In this document: positions 29,186-42,800 of the stretch, in pieces
How positions within the stretch are numbered: position 1 is the first letter of the stretch
Layout: each line of letters begins with the position of its first letter
Assembly (NCBI GenBank): GCA_964016885.1
Contig: OZ024745.1
Coordinates: forward strand, 86,428,001-86,492,000
Direction of reading: 5' to 3'
Source: Eledone cirrhosa
Lineage: Eukaryota
Length of the DNA stretch: 64,000 nt
Translations under genes and position numbers: made by a program
The notes under the pieces: generated by a model
Told to the model about the DNA's origin: nothing
What the model saw: the letters and a program-made list of their open reading frames with translations, nothing else
Databases searched by the model: none

Positions 29186-30201
29186 GATGCTCGGTTGTGG
29201 AAAATCAATGATGGATTTGACTTTCTTCTTAAGTGGGCGAATACCATCTTTGTTAATGATGTGTCCCAGAAAATGAAGGGACGCAACTCCGAACTCACAT
29301 TTGCTAGGGTTGATAACAATTCCGTATTCACGCAAACGTGTGAATAGGAGATCCATGTGTTTCTCATGTTCTTCATCGGAGCTGCTGGCCACCAGTACGT
29401 CGTCAATGTATGCGTATACAAAAGGTAGACCTCTGGTGACTGTATCGATGAATCGCTGGAATGTCTGCGCTGCATTTCGCAAACCGAAAGGCATACGCAG
29501 AAATTCGAACATTCCAAAGGGTGTTGTGACGGCGGTCTTTGGAATATCTGCGGGCTCAACGGGTATCTGATTGTAATCTCGCACAAGACCGATCTTCGAA
29601 AATATGCGAGCCCCGTGCAGCGAGCTAGAGAAGTCCTGTAGATGAGGCACTGGATAAGAGTCAAGAACGGTGCAGTTGTTCAGTGCACGGTAGTCGCCAC
29701 AGATTCGCCAGTCGTTCGACGACTTCTTGGGTACACAGTGTATGGGTGAGGACCAGTTGCTGCTGGACGGACGTATGATGCCGAGATCCAGCATGTGCTG
29801 AAATTCTTGTTTGACGGACTTCAGCCGGTCTGGTGGTAAAATGAGGTCTCGAACCTCATTCATAATCTCCGGAGACATCGAACCGATGACATGTGTGAGA
29901 CGGGATGCCTCGCTAACGATCCGGTTCGATGCGAACTGCGCTTCGATGTGCGCGAACCACAGTGTTGGATCGTGCACCCAGAATGGTGGAATCCTTGATG
30001 TAAATGCCGCCCTGACTGCCATTTCTGCCGTAGATGAATCGTCGTGTGCTAGAGACATCGTTTGTAGTGGATGATCAGAAGCTTGTGTGTCTGTTTTACG
30101 GGGTCACCAGTTGTAACGGAATATTATGTGTGGTTGTAACGATAAGTGGATGGATGGATGTAACTGTTAGTATGGTGGTTTCGATGTAAAGAAAAATACC
30201 A
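29186..30201 (-). mobile_element. Inverted Gypsy segment: U5 end, PBS and in-frame gag-RT deletion fusion (ORF 29159-30058)
   Basis: Minus strand CCGTTACA-ac-TGGTGACCCCG; gag [20 protein letters not shown] joined directly to [23 protein letters not shown]...[14 protein letters not shown]...YIDDVLV. Confidence 0.9.
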
Positions 30202-30203
30202 TA

Positions 30204-30444
30204 CAGGGCGGCATTTACATTAAGGATTCCACCATTCTGGGTGCACGATCCAACACTGTGGTTCGCGCACATCGAAGCGCATTTCGCATCGACCCAGATC
30301 GTTAGCGAGGCAACCCGTCTCACACATGTCATCGGTTCGATGTCTCCGGAGATTATGAATGAGGTTCGAGACCTCATTTTACCACCAGACCGGCTGAAGT
30401 CCGTCAAACAAGAATTTCAGCACATGCTGGATCTCGGCATCATA
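30204..30444 (+). repeat. 241-bp inverted duplicate of 29774-30014 (gag-RT junction)
   Basis: Reverse-complement match with about 5 substitutions, including the same deletion junction. Confidence 0.9.
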
Positions 30445-30741
30445 AGAGACTTGATATCGATTAGAGTACCAGTGCCAATGAAATTTTTATTTTTAAATAA
30501 CATTATAGATATATAATTTTATTTGTCAACATAACCGTCATCATAATATTACAAATAAAACGAGAAAAGGGAAAGGAAAAAAGAAAAAGAAAAAGACACA
30601 CACACAAGCAGGTAATACACACTTCCTGGACCACATACAACAAAAGGCAGGCGAAAGGGGTGGAGAAACGAACTACTACCTGAATAAAAGATAACAATAT
30701 CGCGAGGAGCACTGGAAAACCTCTCTAATAATTTTTTATGC

Positions 30742-30850
30742 AAGCCAGCACGCTCGCAGCGTTACCTCGAGTGATGGCGAGGCTGATGCGCTGGAACAGC
30801 CAAGCGCCTACACGAGCATCACTAGTTACCTCGGCTAGGCAAGCCGCCAG
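30742..30850 (-). mobile_element. 3' fragment of a CRE-like non-LTR element
   Basis: Minus strand reads LAACLAEVTSDARVGAWLFQRISLAITRGNAASVLACI, like the QRGNA C-terminus of CRE-type RLE domains. Confidence 0.7.
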
Positions 30851-31009
30851 TGGAATATTGAAACCGATTTAATCAACTGACACATTTCCACATAAGCGTT
30901 GTGACTTTATGTCAAAGTTAGAAATCAATATTTGATTAAGAATAACAAGAGTGATGTCTCGTTTAGTTTAAATATTTTCATTGTTTTTAGGGTGATGTAT
31001 TAACAGAAT

Positions 31010-34000
31010 CTTTGGCGGCAAATTGTTAGGATGTCAGTTAGAATGCTTTGGGTATTAGTTCCAGCTCTCAGCTCTCTGAGTTCAACTTTGTCTTTCGTCC
31101 ATTCGAGGTAGCTGAAAAAATGTACCAGTCCAATACTGAAGTCAATTCTTCCTCTATATCTCTTTCTCACTTCTATTCTTTCACTCTCTCTATCCTTCTC
31201 TGGAAGAAATCTACTATATTCAAACCTGAAGAAGAGATGGGCTCCACCAGGTTTAAAAAAAAACGCCCCAGAAACGCTGTATATCAACACGGAACCCCTA
31301 CAACTCCATCAGGAGTCACGGAACTATGACCTGCGTTTACAGAATCATTTCAGTTTTTTTCATTTTGAGAAAAACCCCGCTGAGGCAAACTTTGCATTTC
31401 ATCGCTTCGGAGTTGATTCAATAAAATACCATATCTAATGGCATTTAAGAGCTTCTCCCCGCCCTATCAAACAAAAAGAGCTAAAGAATATTACTCTGGT
31501 TTTATCTGCTGGGCTAATATTTACCCAGACGCTGCAGCCAGTCTGTAATTGTATCGAGCTTAACTCCATTATACTCTAATATCATTCAATCAATTATTGT
31601 TGTTATTACTATCTGGCAAAATCGGTAGATCGTCGGACACCATGTTTCGTGGTATAGAGTTACCACCCTCTGCGTTCTGAGTTCAAATCCAGCCGAGGTT
31701 AGCTTTGCCTTTCATCCATACGGGGTCGATAAAATAAAGTACCAGTCACGCACTGGGGTCGATTTAATCGACTTTCCTATCCTCCCAAATTGCTGGCCTT
31801 GTGCCTATATAAGAAGCCATTATTATTTATAGTACCAGTCACACACCGGGGTTGATTTAATCGTCTTTCCCCCTCCTCCAAAATTGCTTGCTTCGTGCCT
31901 AAATCAGAAGCCATTATTGTTGTCGATAAAATAAAGTACCAGTAATGAACTGGGTAATTGCTGGCCTTCTGCCAAAAGTAGAAACAATTATTGTTATTAT
32001 CGATCTTGTTTACATTGAACGTCTACGTGTCGGCTGCTGTAAGTTTGTTGTTTCTACCTGTTATAAAAACCAATTTTGCTTGAATTTTTGAATATTTCTG
32101 GTGTCTCAGGCGACTAACTTCCGAGGGTATTGGTCATTTTCCCCTTCACCTTTGACCCCTAAAGGGCTAAAGCTGCATTTATTTTGTGGCTTTGCACCAC
32201 AGTTTGAAAAAAAACATGGCGGATATTGAAGTTTCTTCTCCTTGGAAGAACCTCAAAATGCACGAGAAAAAAACGAGAACAGTTACCACCAACGTCATCA
32301 CTAAAGAGTGAAAGCTACATTTTTTTTATGACCACACCTTCAAGTAGGATGGTTATTTCGGCTCATGTGTTTTGCCGCTAAATTAATCTGGGTGCTTGTA
32401 TTAAATGGTTTTTTTTTTTTGCGTTGGTGGGGATGAAGGTGTAGGTGTAGGTTTTGGCTGTGACCCCAATTTTTAAGAAAAAAAAAAATAAACATGACAA
32501 ACACCGACATTTCTTCCCCTTTTACACGTTTTATTTAAAACCCCAGTTTCCTTGTTTTGGTATCTTCCTTTATGTTCCGGCCTTAGTGGCCAATAAAGAA
32601 ATAATTGTTTCTACTTTTGGCATAAGGCCAGCAATTACCCAGTACATTGCTGGTACTTTATTTTATCGACCCCGTAAGGATGAAAGGCAAAGTTAACCTC
32701 GGCGGGATTTGAACTCAGAACGTAAAGGGACGTAACTGTGCTGCAAAGCATGGCGTCCGACCCTCTACCGATACTGCCAAAAAGAAATAATAACATTAAT
32801 GATTATTATATTTTCTAAGATTTACGCCATGCTTTGACGTATAGAGTTACGGCCCTTGCCATTCTGAGTTCAAATCCCGCCAAGGTTAACTTTGCCTTTC
32901 ATCCTTACGGGGTCGATAAAATAAAGTACCAGTAATGCAATTATATTTTCTAAGATTTACAAAAAGCCACGTATTTAGGGTTAGGTGTTATGAAAGGCGC
33001 TCCCGCTCGAGTTAGAAGAAAACTATTGACCTTCAGGCAAGGACCTTGTTCCAGGGAGGTAGCAGGGGACAAGCCCCCCCCCCCCCCTTCAGGAATGGGG
33101 AACAAACCATCTTTTGTTTTTTGTTTATTTGATATAATAAATTGTTTTAAAGCTTGTTTTTTTTATATCTGCACTTCATTTGAATACATAAAATTTAATT
33201 AGCATAACATTTTACTTATGTGATAGGGTCCGGGAAAGGCGTCATAAGCAATTTATATTCCTTTAAAAATCAACAAATATTTATTTGTCTCCTCCACATT
33301 TTTAAGGCAAACGAGGCCCCTGCTCTTCAGGAGAAGCAGCGATCCCTGATTGTATTCAGCAACCGATACAAATATGAAGTACATCAAATCAAATGCTCTT
33401 AGGGGCGGCTCTGGTTCTTCTTATTTGCAAGTGTAAACTCGTCCATATTAGATTAGATTGTAATTGACTAAATCAACCCAGTGTTTAAGTGATATTTATT
33501 TTACCGGGCCTTTGAAGCAGAGCGTGACGTGACTTAACTAAAATATAGCAAGGCATTTGATCTGTCCTTTTATCTAGTTTGTAATTGAAGAACAGCAGCA
33601 ATAACAATAATATTTCTACTTTTGGCACAAGGCCAGCAATTACCCCCAGTGCATTACTGGTGCTATATTTTATCGACACCGTAAGGATGAAAGGTAAAAC
33701 TAACTTCCGCTGATTTGAATTCAGAACGTAAAGGGCCATAGCTCCATGCTGCAAAGTATGGTGTCTGACGCTCTACTGATACTGCCAAACCACCGTTCAA
33801 ACAGCAATAATAATTGTTTCTACGGTTGGCACAAGGCCAGAAATTACCCAGAACATTACTGGTACTTTATTTTATCGACCTCGTAAGGATGAAAGGCAAA
33901 GTTAACCTCGGCGAGATTTGAACTCAGAATGGCAAGGGCCGTAACTCTATACGTCAAAGCATAGCGTCCGACCCTCTACCGATACTGCCAATAATAATAA

Positions 34001-35795
34001 TGATTTCTAGTATAGGCACAAGACCAGTAATATGGGGGAGGGGAAAGTCGATTAAATCGACGCCAGTATGTTACTGATGCTTTATTTTATCGACCCGGTA
34101 AGGATGAAAGGCAAAGTTAACCTCGTCAGGATTTGAACTCAGAACGTAAAGGGCTATAGCTCTATGTTGCAAAGTATGGTGTCTGACGCTCTACTGATAC
34201 TGCCAAACCACCGCTCAAACAGCAATAACAATAATAAGAACAACAATAATATTTGAACTCAGAAATATTTTTTGGGGGTTGGTTGGCAAAGCCTGAAATT
34301 CTATCAATGTTCATGTATTTAATGTTTCTGCTGTTTTATTGACTTCGACATGCCAAATATCATTAAGCATTTATCATCTTCTCTGGTCGTTTGATATAAG
34401 CCTATGAAAATGGTACCTGCATGGCCCACATGACTCTCTACATTACTATAATGCATGATAGATGTAAATTAAAGCATTTATCTGGCATCTGATCTTTAAA
34501 ATGATAAAAGAATCGCAAATATTCTACATTCTTTAATTATTTTTCATTCTGATTCTATATGTCAAAAGTAAATACAGTTTAGAAATACCTGTTGTTGACT
34601 TCAAGCATCATGTGGATTTACTGCAGCTAATGCTATCACTGTTTTGATATCAAATATTTAAAAATGATATACAAAGAAATACCAAGCTGACACTGGATAA
34701 AGAGTTATTCTGTTTTTGCTTTTTTGTTTTTAAGGTTTTGATTTTGTCTCTATAAATGTTTTTGAACCTCTTTACTTTATCTCTTTCTCTGAAAGATTTT
34801 ACTTTCCAAAAACCATTTTAAAAGCCAATTCAGTCTTATTCTTCCAAAGCCGATCATCTATTTTTCATTAATGACTTCAGAGGTATTTGCTTTTGCCCCA
34901 AACTGATTTCGTTGAAAAACGTTCCCCAATTTATTAATTAACCGTAAATGTTGATTATAGGCGGCTATTTGGCAGAGTCGTTAGAACGTCAGATAGAATA
35001 CTTTATAGTATTTGTTCCGACTCTCTGCTCTCTGAGTTCAAATCCCGCTGAGGTCAACTTTGCCTTTTATCCTTTCGAGGTCGATAAAAAAAAGTACCAG
35101 TCTAGTACTGGGTCGATTCTTCCTCTATATCTCTTTCTCGTTTTTCTCTCATTCACTTTCTATGTTTCTCCGGAAGAAATCTGCTGTACTCAGACCTGGA
35201 GAGGGATGGGCTCTGACAGGAATGTCCTAGAAACGTCGTATGTCAATATGACTCCCTCAAGAGTTACGGGACCATATCAGACGATATGATTAGTCATATT
35301 GGGAACATTAAAACATTTTTTGTTCATTGGTGCGTTGACTCAGTTGAATTCTGGTAGATGGTATATGATTATCAGAACTGACTTTTTCAAATGAATTATA
35401 TGCACCTCAGATTAACGCACTGTTTTTCCAGTTTCAGTTTATGAATATGTAGTCGAACTGGGCCATAACATTTTTGGGACAGATATGCACTCATAGCTTA
35501 GATTTTGAAATTAAGTATTTAGGCATAGGGTTGTTTTCGTTGATGGAATCTAGCATGCACTGACTATTTTATATGCTGGAATAGGGGAAAGCACACTTCT
35601 GGCTATTATTACAGGGCGGCGGATTGGCAGTATCAGTAGAGGGTCGGACGCCGTGCTTTGCAGCATAGAGTTATGGTCCTTTATGGTCTGAGTTCAAATC
35701 CCGCCGAGGTTAACTTTGCCTTTCATCCTTAAAATAAAGCACCTGTAATGCACTGGGGTAATTGCTGGCCTTGTGCCAAAAGTAGAAGCAATTAT
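31010..35795. mobile_element. Dense SINE family 1 cluster (~10 full or partial copies on both strands)
   Basis: Copies at about 31010, 31610, 31830, 32600(-), 32825, 33610(-), 33810(-), 34000(-), 34960 and 35615. Confidence 0.8.
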
Positions 35796-36157
35796 TTAGG
35801 CCAATCTTTAAATTCAAGTCTCCATCAATGATTTGGACATAGTGGAATGGAACTTGGTAAAGAAGAAAGCAGAGCTAAACAAATCTGAATGTTGAAATAA
35901 TTATTCTTGGAAGAATCTTCTTCATTCTATTTAAAGATTTTTAGATTTTTAGATCTCAGAGAGCATAGTCGGAATAAACACCGCAAAGCTTTCTGTCCTG
36001 CGATTTAATGACTCTGTCAATTCGTCGTCTACAAAATCTGACTGACATTGTCAAATTATTTTTATCACGAATACAGTAAGGCAGAAACACAACGAAATTA
36101 TTTCCAAGGAATCGAACTAATAAATGGATTATTTTTCTAATAATTTCCACACTATCA

Positions 36158-36341
36158 TCTCTTCTTCTTCTTCTTCTTCTTCTTCTTCTTCTTCTTCTTC
36201 TTCTTCTTCTTCTTCTTCTTCTTCTTCTTCTTCTTCTTCTTCTTCTTCTTCTTCTTCTTCTTCTTCTTCTTCTTCTTCTTCTTCTTCTTCTTCTTCTTCT
36301 TCTTCTTCTTCTTCTTCTTCTTCTTCTTCTTCTTCTTCTTT
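36158..36341. repeat. (CTT)n trinucleotide microsatellite, probably the 3' tail of the adjacent RTE fragment
   Basis: About 60 pure CTT units abutting the 3' side of the minus-strand RTE piece. Confidence 0.95.
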
Positions 36342-36725
36342 CTGGGAGGATCCCCAAGTTTGAGCAGCGAAGCTCATGGATGTTATCCAACCATCTTGCT
36401 CGGGATCTAACACTGGGTCTCCTACCTGTAGGTTTTGCCTGTAAAATCTGTCCAGCGATTTTTCCCCGTGACATTCTAACCACATGTCTGTAGTATCGGA
36501 GCTGCGATCTATCAATTCCGAGAAGTAGCGGCTCTACCTCGAGTCACTCTCTGATCTCCAAGCCACGCACTCTATCGAGTAACGTTACTCCAAAGACCAT
36601 TCGGAGGAATCCCATTTTGGCTGCTTGTATTCGCGAACGTATTCTTTCGGTCATAACCAAAGATTCATGGCCATATGTAAGAGTTAGCCCGAAAACCGAA
36701 TTAAAGACAGCGAGTTTGGCTTTTT
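36342..36725 (-). mobile_element. RTE LINE 3' fragment; a related fragment lies at ~38750-39050(-)
   Basis: ...GFLRKVFGVTLLDKVRSSEFRESLQVEPLLLRIETSQLRYYGH..RM...QILQAKPTGRRP..R.R.RWLD motifs in the two copies. Confidence 0.8.
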
Positions 36726-37688
36726 GAGGTCAATAAATAAAATATATGCCTAGCACTACAGTTGATTCTTCCTCTATATTTCCCCCTTCCCTTCTCTATC
36801 TTTCTCTAGAGGTAATCTTCTGTGCTAGACCTGGAAAGGAAAGGGACCCTACGTATCCATCAGGAGTTAAGTACCATATCATTGTATGACTCTGTCAATT
36901 CGCTGCCTTCAAAATCTGATTGGCATTAACAAATTATCTTTATCTAGAATACAGTAAAACAGAAACACAACGAAATTACTTCCAAGGAATTGAACTCATT
37001 ATAATATTTCTAATAATTTTCACACTCTATCACCTCGTCTTCGCAATAATATCATTACCTAGCTAATTGTTTTAGATCCTTTAATCTCGCTCCACTCTGT
37101 TCTGTAAGGAGGAACGTTAAAATCAATATTCTTACTCTCATTAGAAGTTATAAACAGTATATCTCCCATGGCAATTATTTGCAATTAGCATGGAAATGTT
37201 AAGTGGTTGAGTTATGAAAACTACGAAGTATTGATGATAAAAGAACTATCGATCTTTCGGCTGGAAGACCAATACCTCATTGAATCTGTCATTTGCGATG
37301 CTACTAAAAATATTCTAAATGGCAATAAATGCAATTTCTATGGGAATTTTCGAATTGTATTTCAGTTTATTTTAAAAAGTATTTAATATAATTTGTTCAA
37401 ATTCTGCTACATAGATTAGATTTTTCTCATTTATATGCTTTATGGGTTATTTTACACCACAGTCAAACATAGATACTGAATAGAATTTAAAAGTATTCTG
37501 AAATATAATCTATATTTGTTACAGCCAGTCATAATATTTTTAGCTATTTAATTCTGTTCATTTATTATCTCGAAATTCAATAATATTAGTAACTCAACGT
37601 TGTGATTTCTGTAAAATAAGAGATAATTTCTCGATTAGCAGAAGACGTGACGTCGTTTTAATTTTAATATATCGTTCAAGTTTTTCAC

Positions 37689-38058
37689 CAGAGGTTCTCA
37701 AAATGTGCGCTACCGAAGCCGGGTGGGGGGTGGGGGTGGGTGGTGGTGGTGGTGGTGGTGTTGAGAAGGTCTAGGGGGCACTGGGATCCTTAGGGGACGA
37801 TGGGTAGTGGGGGTAGAGATGATATAATAGAATATTAAATATAAAAAGATACATATGTATAAAAAATAAAAATATATAATATTATTTATACATAGTATAT
37901 ATTATATTGTTTATTATATATAAATTAAGGATTTTATTTATTACATATTATTTACAATTTGCATGTAGCCAGGTCTCTCTGGAAATAGGGATGTGGGGGC
38001 GCTGAGGGTATTACGTGGCCGTGAGTGGGCGGTAGCCCACACAGTTTGCGAACCTCTG
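37689..38058. mobile_element. hAT-type MITE
   Basis: TIRs CAGAGGTTCTCAAA / TTTGCGAACCTCTG with subterminal gctaccg/cggtagc; TSD not clear. Confidence 0.65.
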
Positions 38059-38174
38059 ATCTAGACAGTTAATACTCTCGATAAAAATGTAATAAAAGTA
38101 CTTACGTCCCTTTCTCTAAACTGTACGTATTCTGTATTTATATTAAAATAAAGCAATATTATTATTAATACTAG

Positions 38175-38380
38175 ATTTGCAGTATCGGTAGAGCGTCAGA
38201 AATCATGCTTTGTGGCATAGCCTTACGGCCCTATACGTTCTGCGTTCAAATCCCGCCGAGATTAGCTTTGCCTTTCATCCTTACGGGGTCGATAAAATAA
38301 AGTACCAGTAATGCACTGGGTCGATTTAATCGACTTCCCCTCCCCCAAAATTGCTGGCCTTGGGCCTAAATCAGAAACCA
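38175..38380 (+). mobile_element. SINE family 1 full copy (others at ~46890-47080 - and ~47930-48140 +)
   Basis: Complete head-core-tail match to the family. Confidence 0.8.
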
Positions 38381-39093
38381 TTATTAATACCATAATGTGC
38401 CGAGCGTCGTTAGATCCCAGACAAGCTATTAATGAGCAGAAATCTACGATTTAGTTTCGTTCTTGTCTCATGACAATTAAATTCACTTATATCATACCCC
38501 CCCCCCCACACACACCTTCCATCACATATTATATACTCACAACTACTACATAGTTTACTAATCACTTCTGATTAATTGTTAATTAATCACATTACAGCCG
38601 CTTATATGGAAAAGTGCTTTGCTCTCAGAAATGATGTTTAGTTTTTCAAGTTATTTGTTTCTTATTTTTTTAATATGTTCCTATCAATACGATAGAAACA
38701 GTGACATTCTCAAATCTAACATCAACAATTCACACTTCTTCTTCGCCCACCCATTCCTGCGGTCCGGCTAGATCCCCAAGCGTGACCAGCCAAGCTCATG
38801 GATGTAATCCAACTATCTTGCACGAGGTCTACCACTAGGTCTTCTTCCAGTTGGTTTTGCCTGTAAAATCTATCCAGCGATTTTTTCCTGAGACATTCTA
38901 ACCCCATGCCCATAGTATCGGAGCTGTGATGTCTCAATTCGGAGAAGTAGCGGCTCTACTTGGAGTGACTCTCTGAACTCCGAGCTACGCACTTTATCGA
39001 GTAACGTTACTCCAAAGACCTTTCGGAGGAATCCCATTTCGCCACTTGTATTGACACAATAGTCACAATTAAAACGAAGTACTATTGAAACTA

Positions 39094-39345
39094 GGTGTGG
39101 CCCTATGGTAAGGGTGTTCGACTTACGATCATAATGTCGTGGGTTCGATTCCTGGGCTGGGTTGTGTGTTGTGTTCTTGAGCAAAACACTTCATTTAACG
39201 TTGCTCCAGTATACTCAGCTGAAAACGAGTACCAGCAGCAATAGCTGGGGGTTTAACTCGGTGATGGACTGGCGTCCTGTCCAGGGGTGAGTTTTGTACT
39301 CTCAGTCGCTTCACGCCACGAAACCAGGATAAGCACTGGCCTGAC
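39094..39345 (+). mobile_element. tRNA-derived SINE family 2 (Meta/V-like core); related copies at ~16030-16190(+), ~14010-14080(+) and ~20150-20230(-)
   Basis: A-box tggccctatggta, B-box ggttcgattcc, core cttgagcaaaacacttcattt...ttgctccagtatactcagctg...gatggactggcgtcctgtccagggg. Confidence 0.7.
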
Positions 39346-39821
39346 TTAGAGACAGTCTACAGAATTCAAGAAACACTATTCAACAACGAGTATTCTAACA
39401 CACTAATTGACTACAAAGCGGTAGATAGAATGTTTTGTCGTATTTGTTCAGACTTTCTGAGCTTTGAGTTCAAAACCTCCATAGATCACCCTTTAGAGGT
39501 GATCTATGGAGGTTTTCGCCAAGCTATGGGAGCGATTTTCTCAATATATATTTTTCTAATTTCCTCTCTATCCCTTTCCCCTTCACTGAAAGAAATCGAT
39601 TGTTTTAAGATCTGGAAATGTGATGGGGTCCTTCATGTTACTACAGTGCCTTACGACTTCACTAGGAGTTATGGGTCCAAGCATACATATATAGGCCATG
39701 CTAAAAATGAAAAAAACAAACAAACAAAAAACATCACATATAAACACACCCAGCACTAAAAACGCACACTACATATAACGTTAGTTGCATGAAACAAACG
39801 GGATATTAGCTATAATAGCTA

Positions 39822-42800
39822 TTAGCAGTAAAGACCGGCGTTGCTCAGGGCCACTCAGTAGCTGTGTTAAAGTTACAATTTTAAGTTCCTTTCTTGGTTT
39901 AAAAACTGTAGAGTCTACAGTGTAGACTTTCATGTGGTACTTTTGATTAATATTCCTTCAACCAACAGTATGCTTTATGAAGTTAAGAAAACATAACCAT
40001 AACCCGAATGTTAAAACAAAAGAGGATGCTGGGGATAAAAACTGCACTGGTAATCTATTAACAAAAATCGAAAGTGTAAACACTGCAACACTTGTGTCAG
40101 AGAAAAACATCAGCGTAACCAAACTATCAGTTATTTTGAAACAAAGAAATTGGATGGACATGAAAAACAAAAGAAAAATGCGTTATCCGAAGTCGAGGGG
40201 GCAGGCAGCATCAAAGAGGTTTCGCACCCTGTGATAAAAAATATTGACAATGTAATAGCGTAGATGTTTAAGTATAAACTATGAAGAGCTCATAATATAT
40301 GGTGAGTTTGATGGGCAGATTATAGACAGCCACAGCATGCGAAATGGACAGCTGCAGCAAAAGCCATATTCACCAAAAGAAATCGCTGAAATCAACAAAA
40401 CAGAAATGCTGCTTCCATTGCATCTTCACATGCAATTGAGAATGATGACGAAAGTTTACTTCGACGCACCAGAAATGCTGTTGCGTGTTGTCTAGGTCGG
40501 AATGCCTATTGAAACAATGAAAGAAATGACGGGAACAATCTTTGTATGTATGCGCCAAGTTGTGTGTGTCTATGTACTAAACGCCGGACTTGTCAGCGAC
40601 TGGAGGGGAGGGCGTCCTTAACAATCGAAAGCATCGATTTCAGAGTCCGCTTTGATTTGCGAGCAATGCTGGTCCTTAGAGGCCTAGGTGTCAATAGAAT
40701 GCACTGCATCGATGTTGAATACAGGTTTCGTAGACGCTATATATTTAAGGCAGTCGGTGTAACATTGCCGTTTTGAACCAAAAAAGACCTATAAAACCTC
40801 ACGGTAAACAATATTCTTTGTTTTCCGTTTGGAGCAAAAGCAAAGTGGTTGTTCCGGCTGCCAACTCGAGAACATCCAACGTAGAATTGTCCATGTGAAA
40901 AACATGGCTCCTTCAGGTGAAGTCCTGCCACAAATAAAATCTGACCCTGGGACTTGTTGGTGGACATAGCAAAGGCAGTACGAAGGGGAAATTGGGTTCT
41001 TTTAAAAGAATAGGGTGCATCCACCCCTGATGTAGTAAGAGTTACCGTAGGTATTAAAACATCTCCTTTTCCACACCCCGACATAATCGTAGCATAAATA
41101 ATGTGCTGTAACATCCTATTGACAACAAGGCGTGTACCATTGCAAAGCTTGGGAGGGGTTATATTTCTGAGAAGTATAACTGGACATCCTTCCTTGAGAG
41201 ACAAAATATGTTGAGGCAGACCGGGAATATCAAATGAATAGAGGAATTCAATGGGATAATTGACTGCATCATGTGCATCAATATTGGTATCAATAGACTT
41301 AAAAGTCTTATCATTTCCAGGAAGACTTTCAAGCATTTGGCGATTAATGGCGGAGACAGTGACATTTGTAGGAGCTAATATAGCCATCTCACACAGCCAT
41401 GTATGATTGCGGTAATTATCTGCCAAGTTGGGAAAAACGGTTGCCTTGAGATATTCGACAGTATTAACCAGACAGCATATATTGTCGAGTGCAATGTCTC
41501 GATGCACACCTGAAGGTACTTTGCCGTCGCCAAGAATGAGAAGGTCTTCAGCAAATTTTTCAGACACAGTATCGCCAAGCAGTTGAACACGCATATTAGT
41601 GGTCAGACGAAGTGTTGTTACCTGTTGCCACAATGGAGAAGACTTCAGGCAGGCCCGAACTTGACCCGCTCTGGTGCCCTTTGGAATAACCGGCAAAGGT
41701 TGTCGAAAGTTCCCTGAAAGCAAAAGAGTTACACCCCCATGGTCTCCTGACGGTCTCTAATGTCTTTCAGTGTTCTATCTAATGCCTCAATAGATCCTTT
41801 GTGAGCCATGGTGCATTCATCCCACACAATCAGTTGGCACCGTCGTAGCAGTTCTGCTCTCGGACTATCCATGGTGATGTCACAGAGCGGTGTTTCAGCT
41901 GATACCAAGTTAAGCGGAAGCTTAAAGGTAGAGTGTGCTGTCCTGCCGCCAGGAAGTAGTGTTGCTGCAATACCGGATGATGCAACGGCTATTGCAATAA
42001 CTTCATTCTGTCTAACTTTGGCAAGAAGAAGTTTAGTAACAAAGGTTTTTCCAGTGCCTCAAGAAAGAAGGTACCACCCCATCGATGAAATACATAGTCG
42101 TGATAGTGTTGTATGCAAATTGCTGATCGGGAAGTAGTTTTGGTTCCATTTCAAACACATAGCTAGCTAGAGTGTCGATATCATAAGATGTTTCTTGGAT
42201 GATGAGAGTTGGAATTTTATTAGAATCAGTGTGGTGGGTTTGTGGCAGACCGTATGCTGGCAAGGCATTCCCACCCATAAGGAAAATTCTGTCCTCTATG
42301 TTTATAAGCCCTTTATTGTATAAATCATCACTGAAATCTACTTCTATGTCAGGAAGTAGTAGTTGAGCCTGGTGCAGGAAGTCCTCAGACAGTTGGTTCC
42401 GAAACTTCAACCATAATGTGTAGGGATCACAAATGTTACATAAGTGAAGAAGCTTTGCAAAGAGCTCTCGTAGGCTTCCAGCTGAGTGTGATGAAGCGAT
42501 CTCCGCCAAGGTTGCATCCCATCGTGAGTCATCTTCAAGCATTCCACGAGCCAAACAGGTATCTCTGTATGTAGACCAAACACGTAAGTCCTGAGGTCCT
42601 GAAAACTGGTCGGTCCTTTGACCTCATGCAGTAGCATTCGAAGATAGAAGCTCTCGTGTTGATTTGGAGGAATCGTATACACTCGCCCCAAGCAATTAGT
42701 GAATTTGATTCCGGGAACTCCAATAACTGGTTGGCCAGTCTTTCTGCGACTCCATGTTTTTTTTTATTCCATGTGTAGTATGATGGCACCTGAGGATACA

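Noticed and set aside
32215-32311. Short ORF MADIEVSSPWKNLK... with a good start context
   Set aside because: Only ~31 codons, no recognisable homology and no supported downstream exons
35956-36515. Poly-Arg, poly-Glu and poly-Ser ORFs
   Set aside because: Artefacts of the (CTT)n tract fused to an RTE fragment
39094-39160. tRNA gene
   Set aside because: A/B boxes belong to a SINE head; there is no complete cloverleaf and the sequence continues into the SINE core
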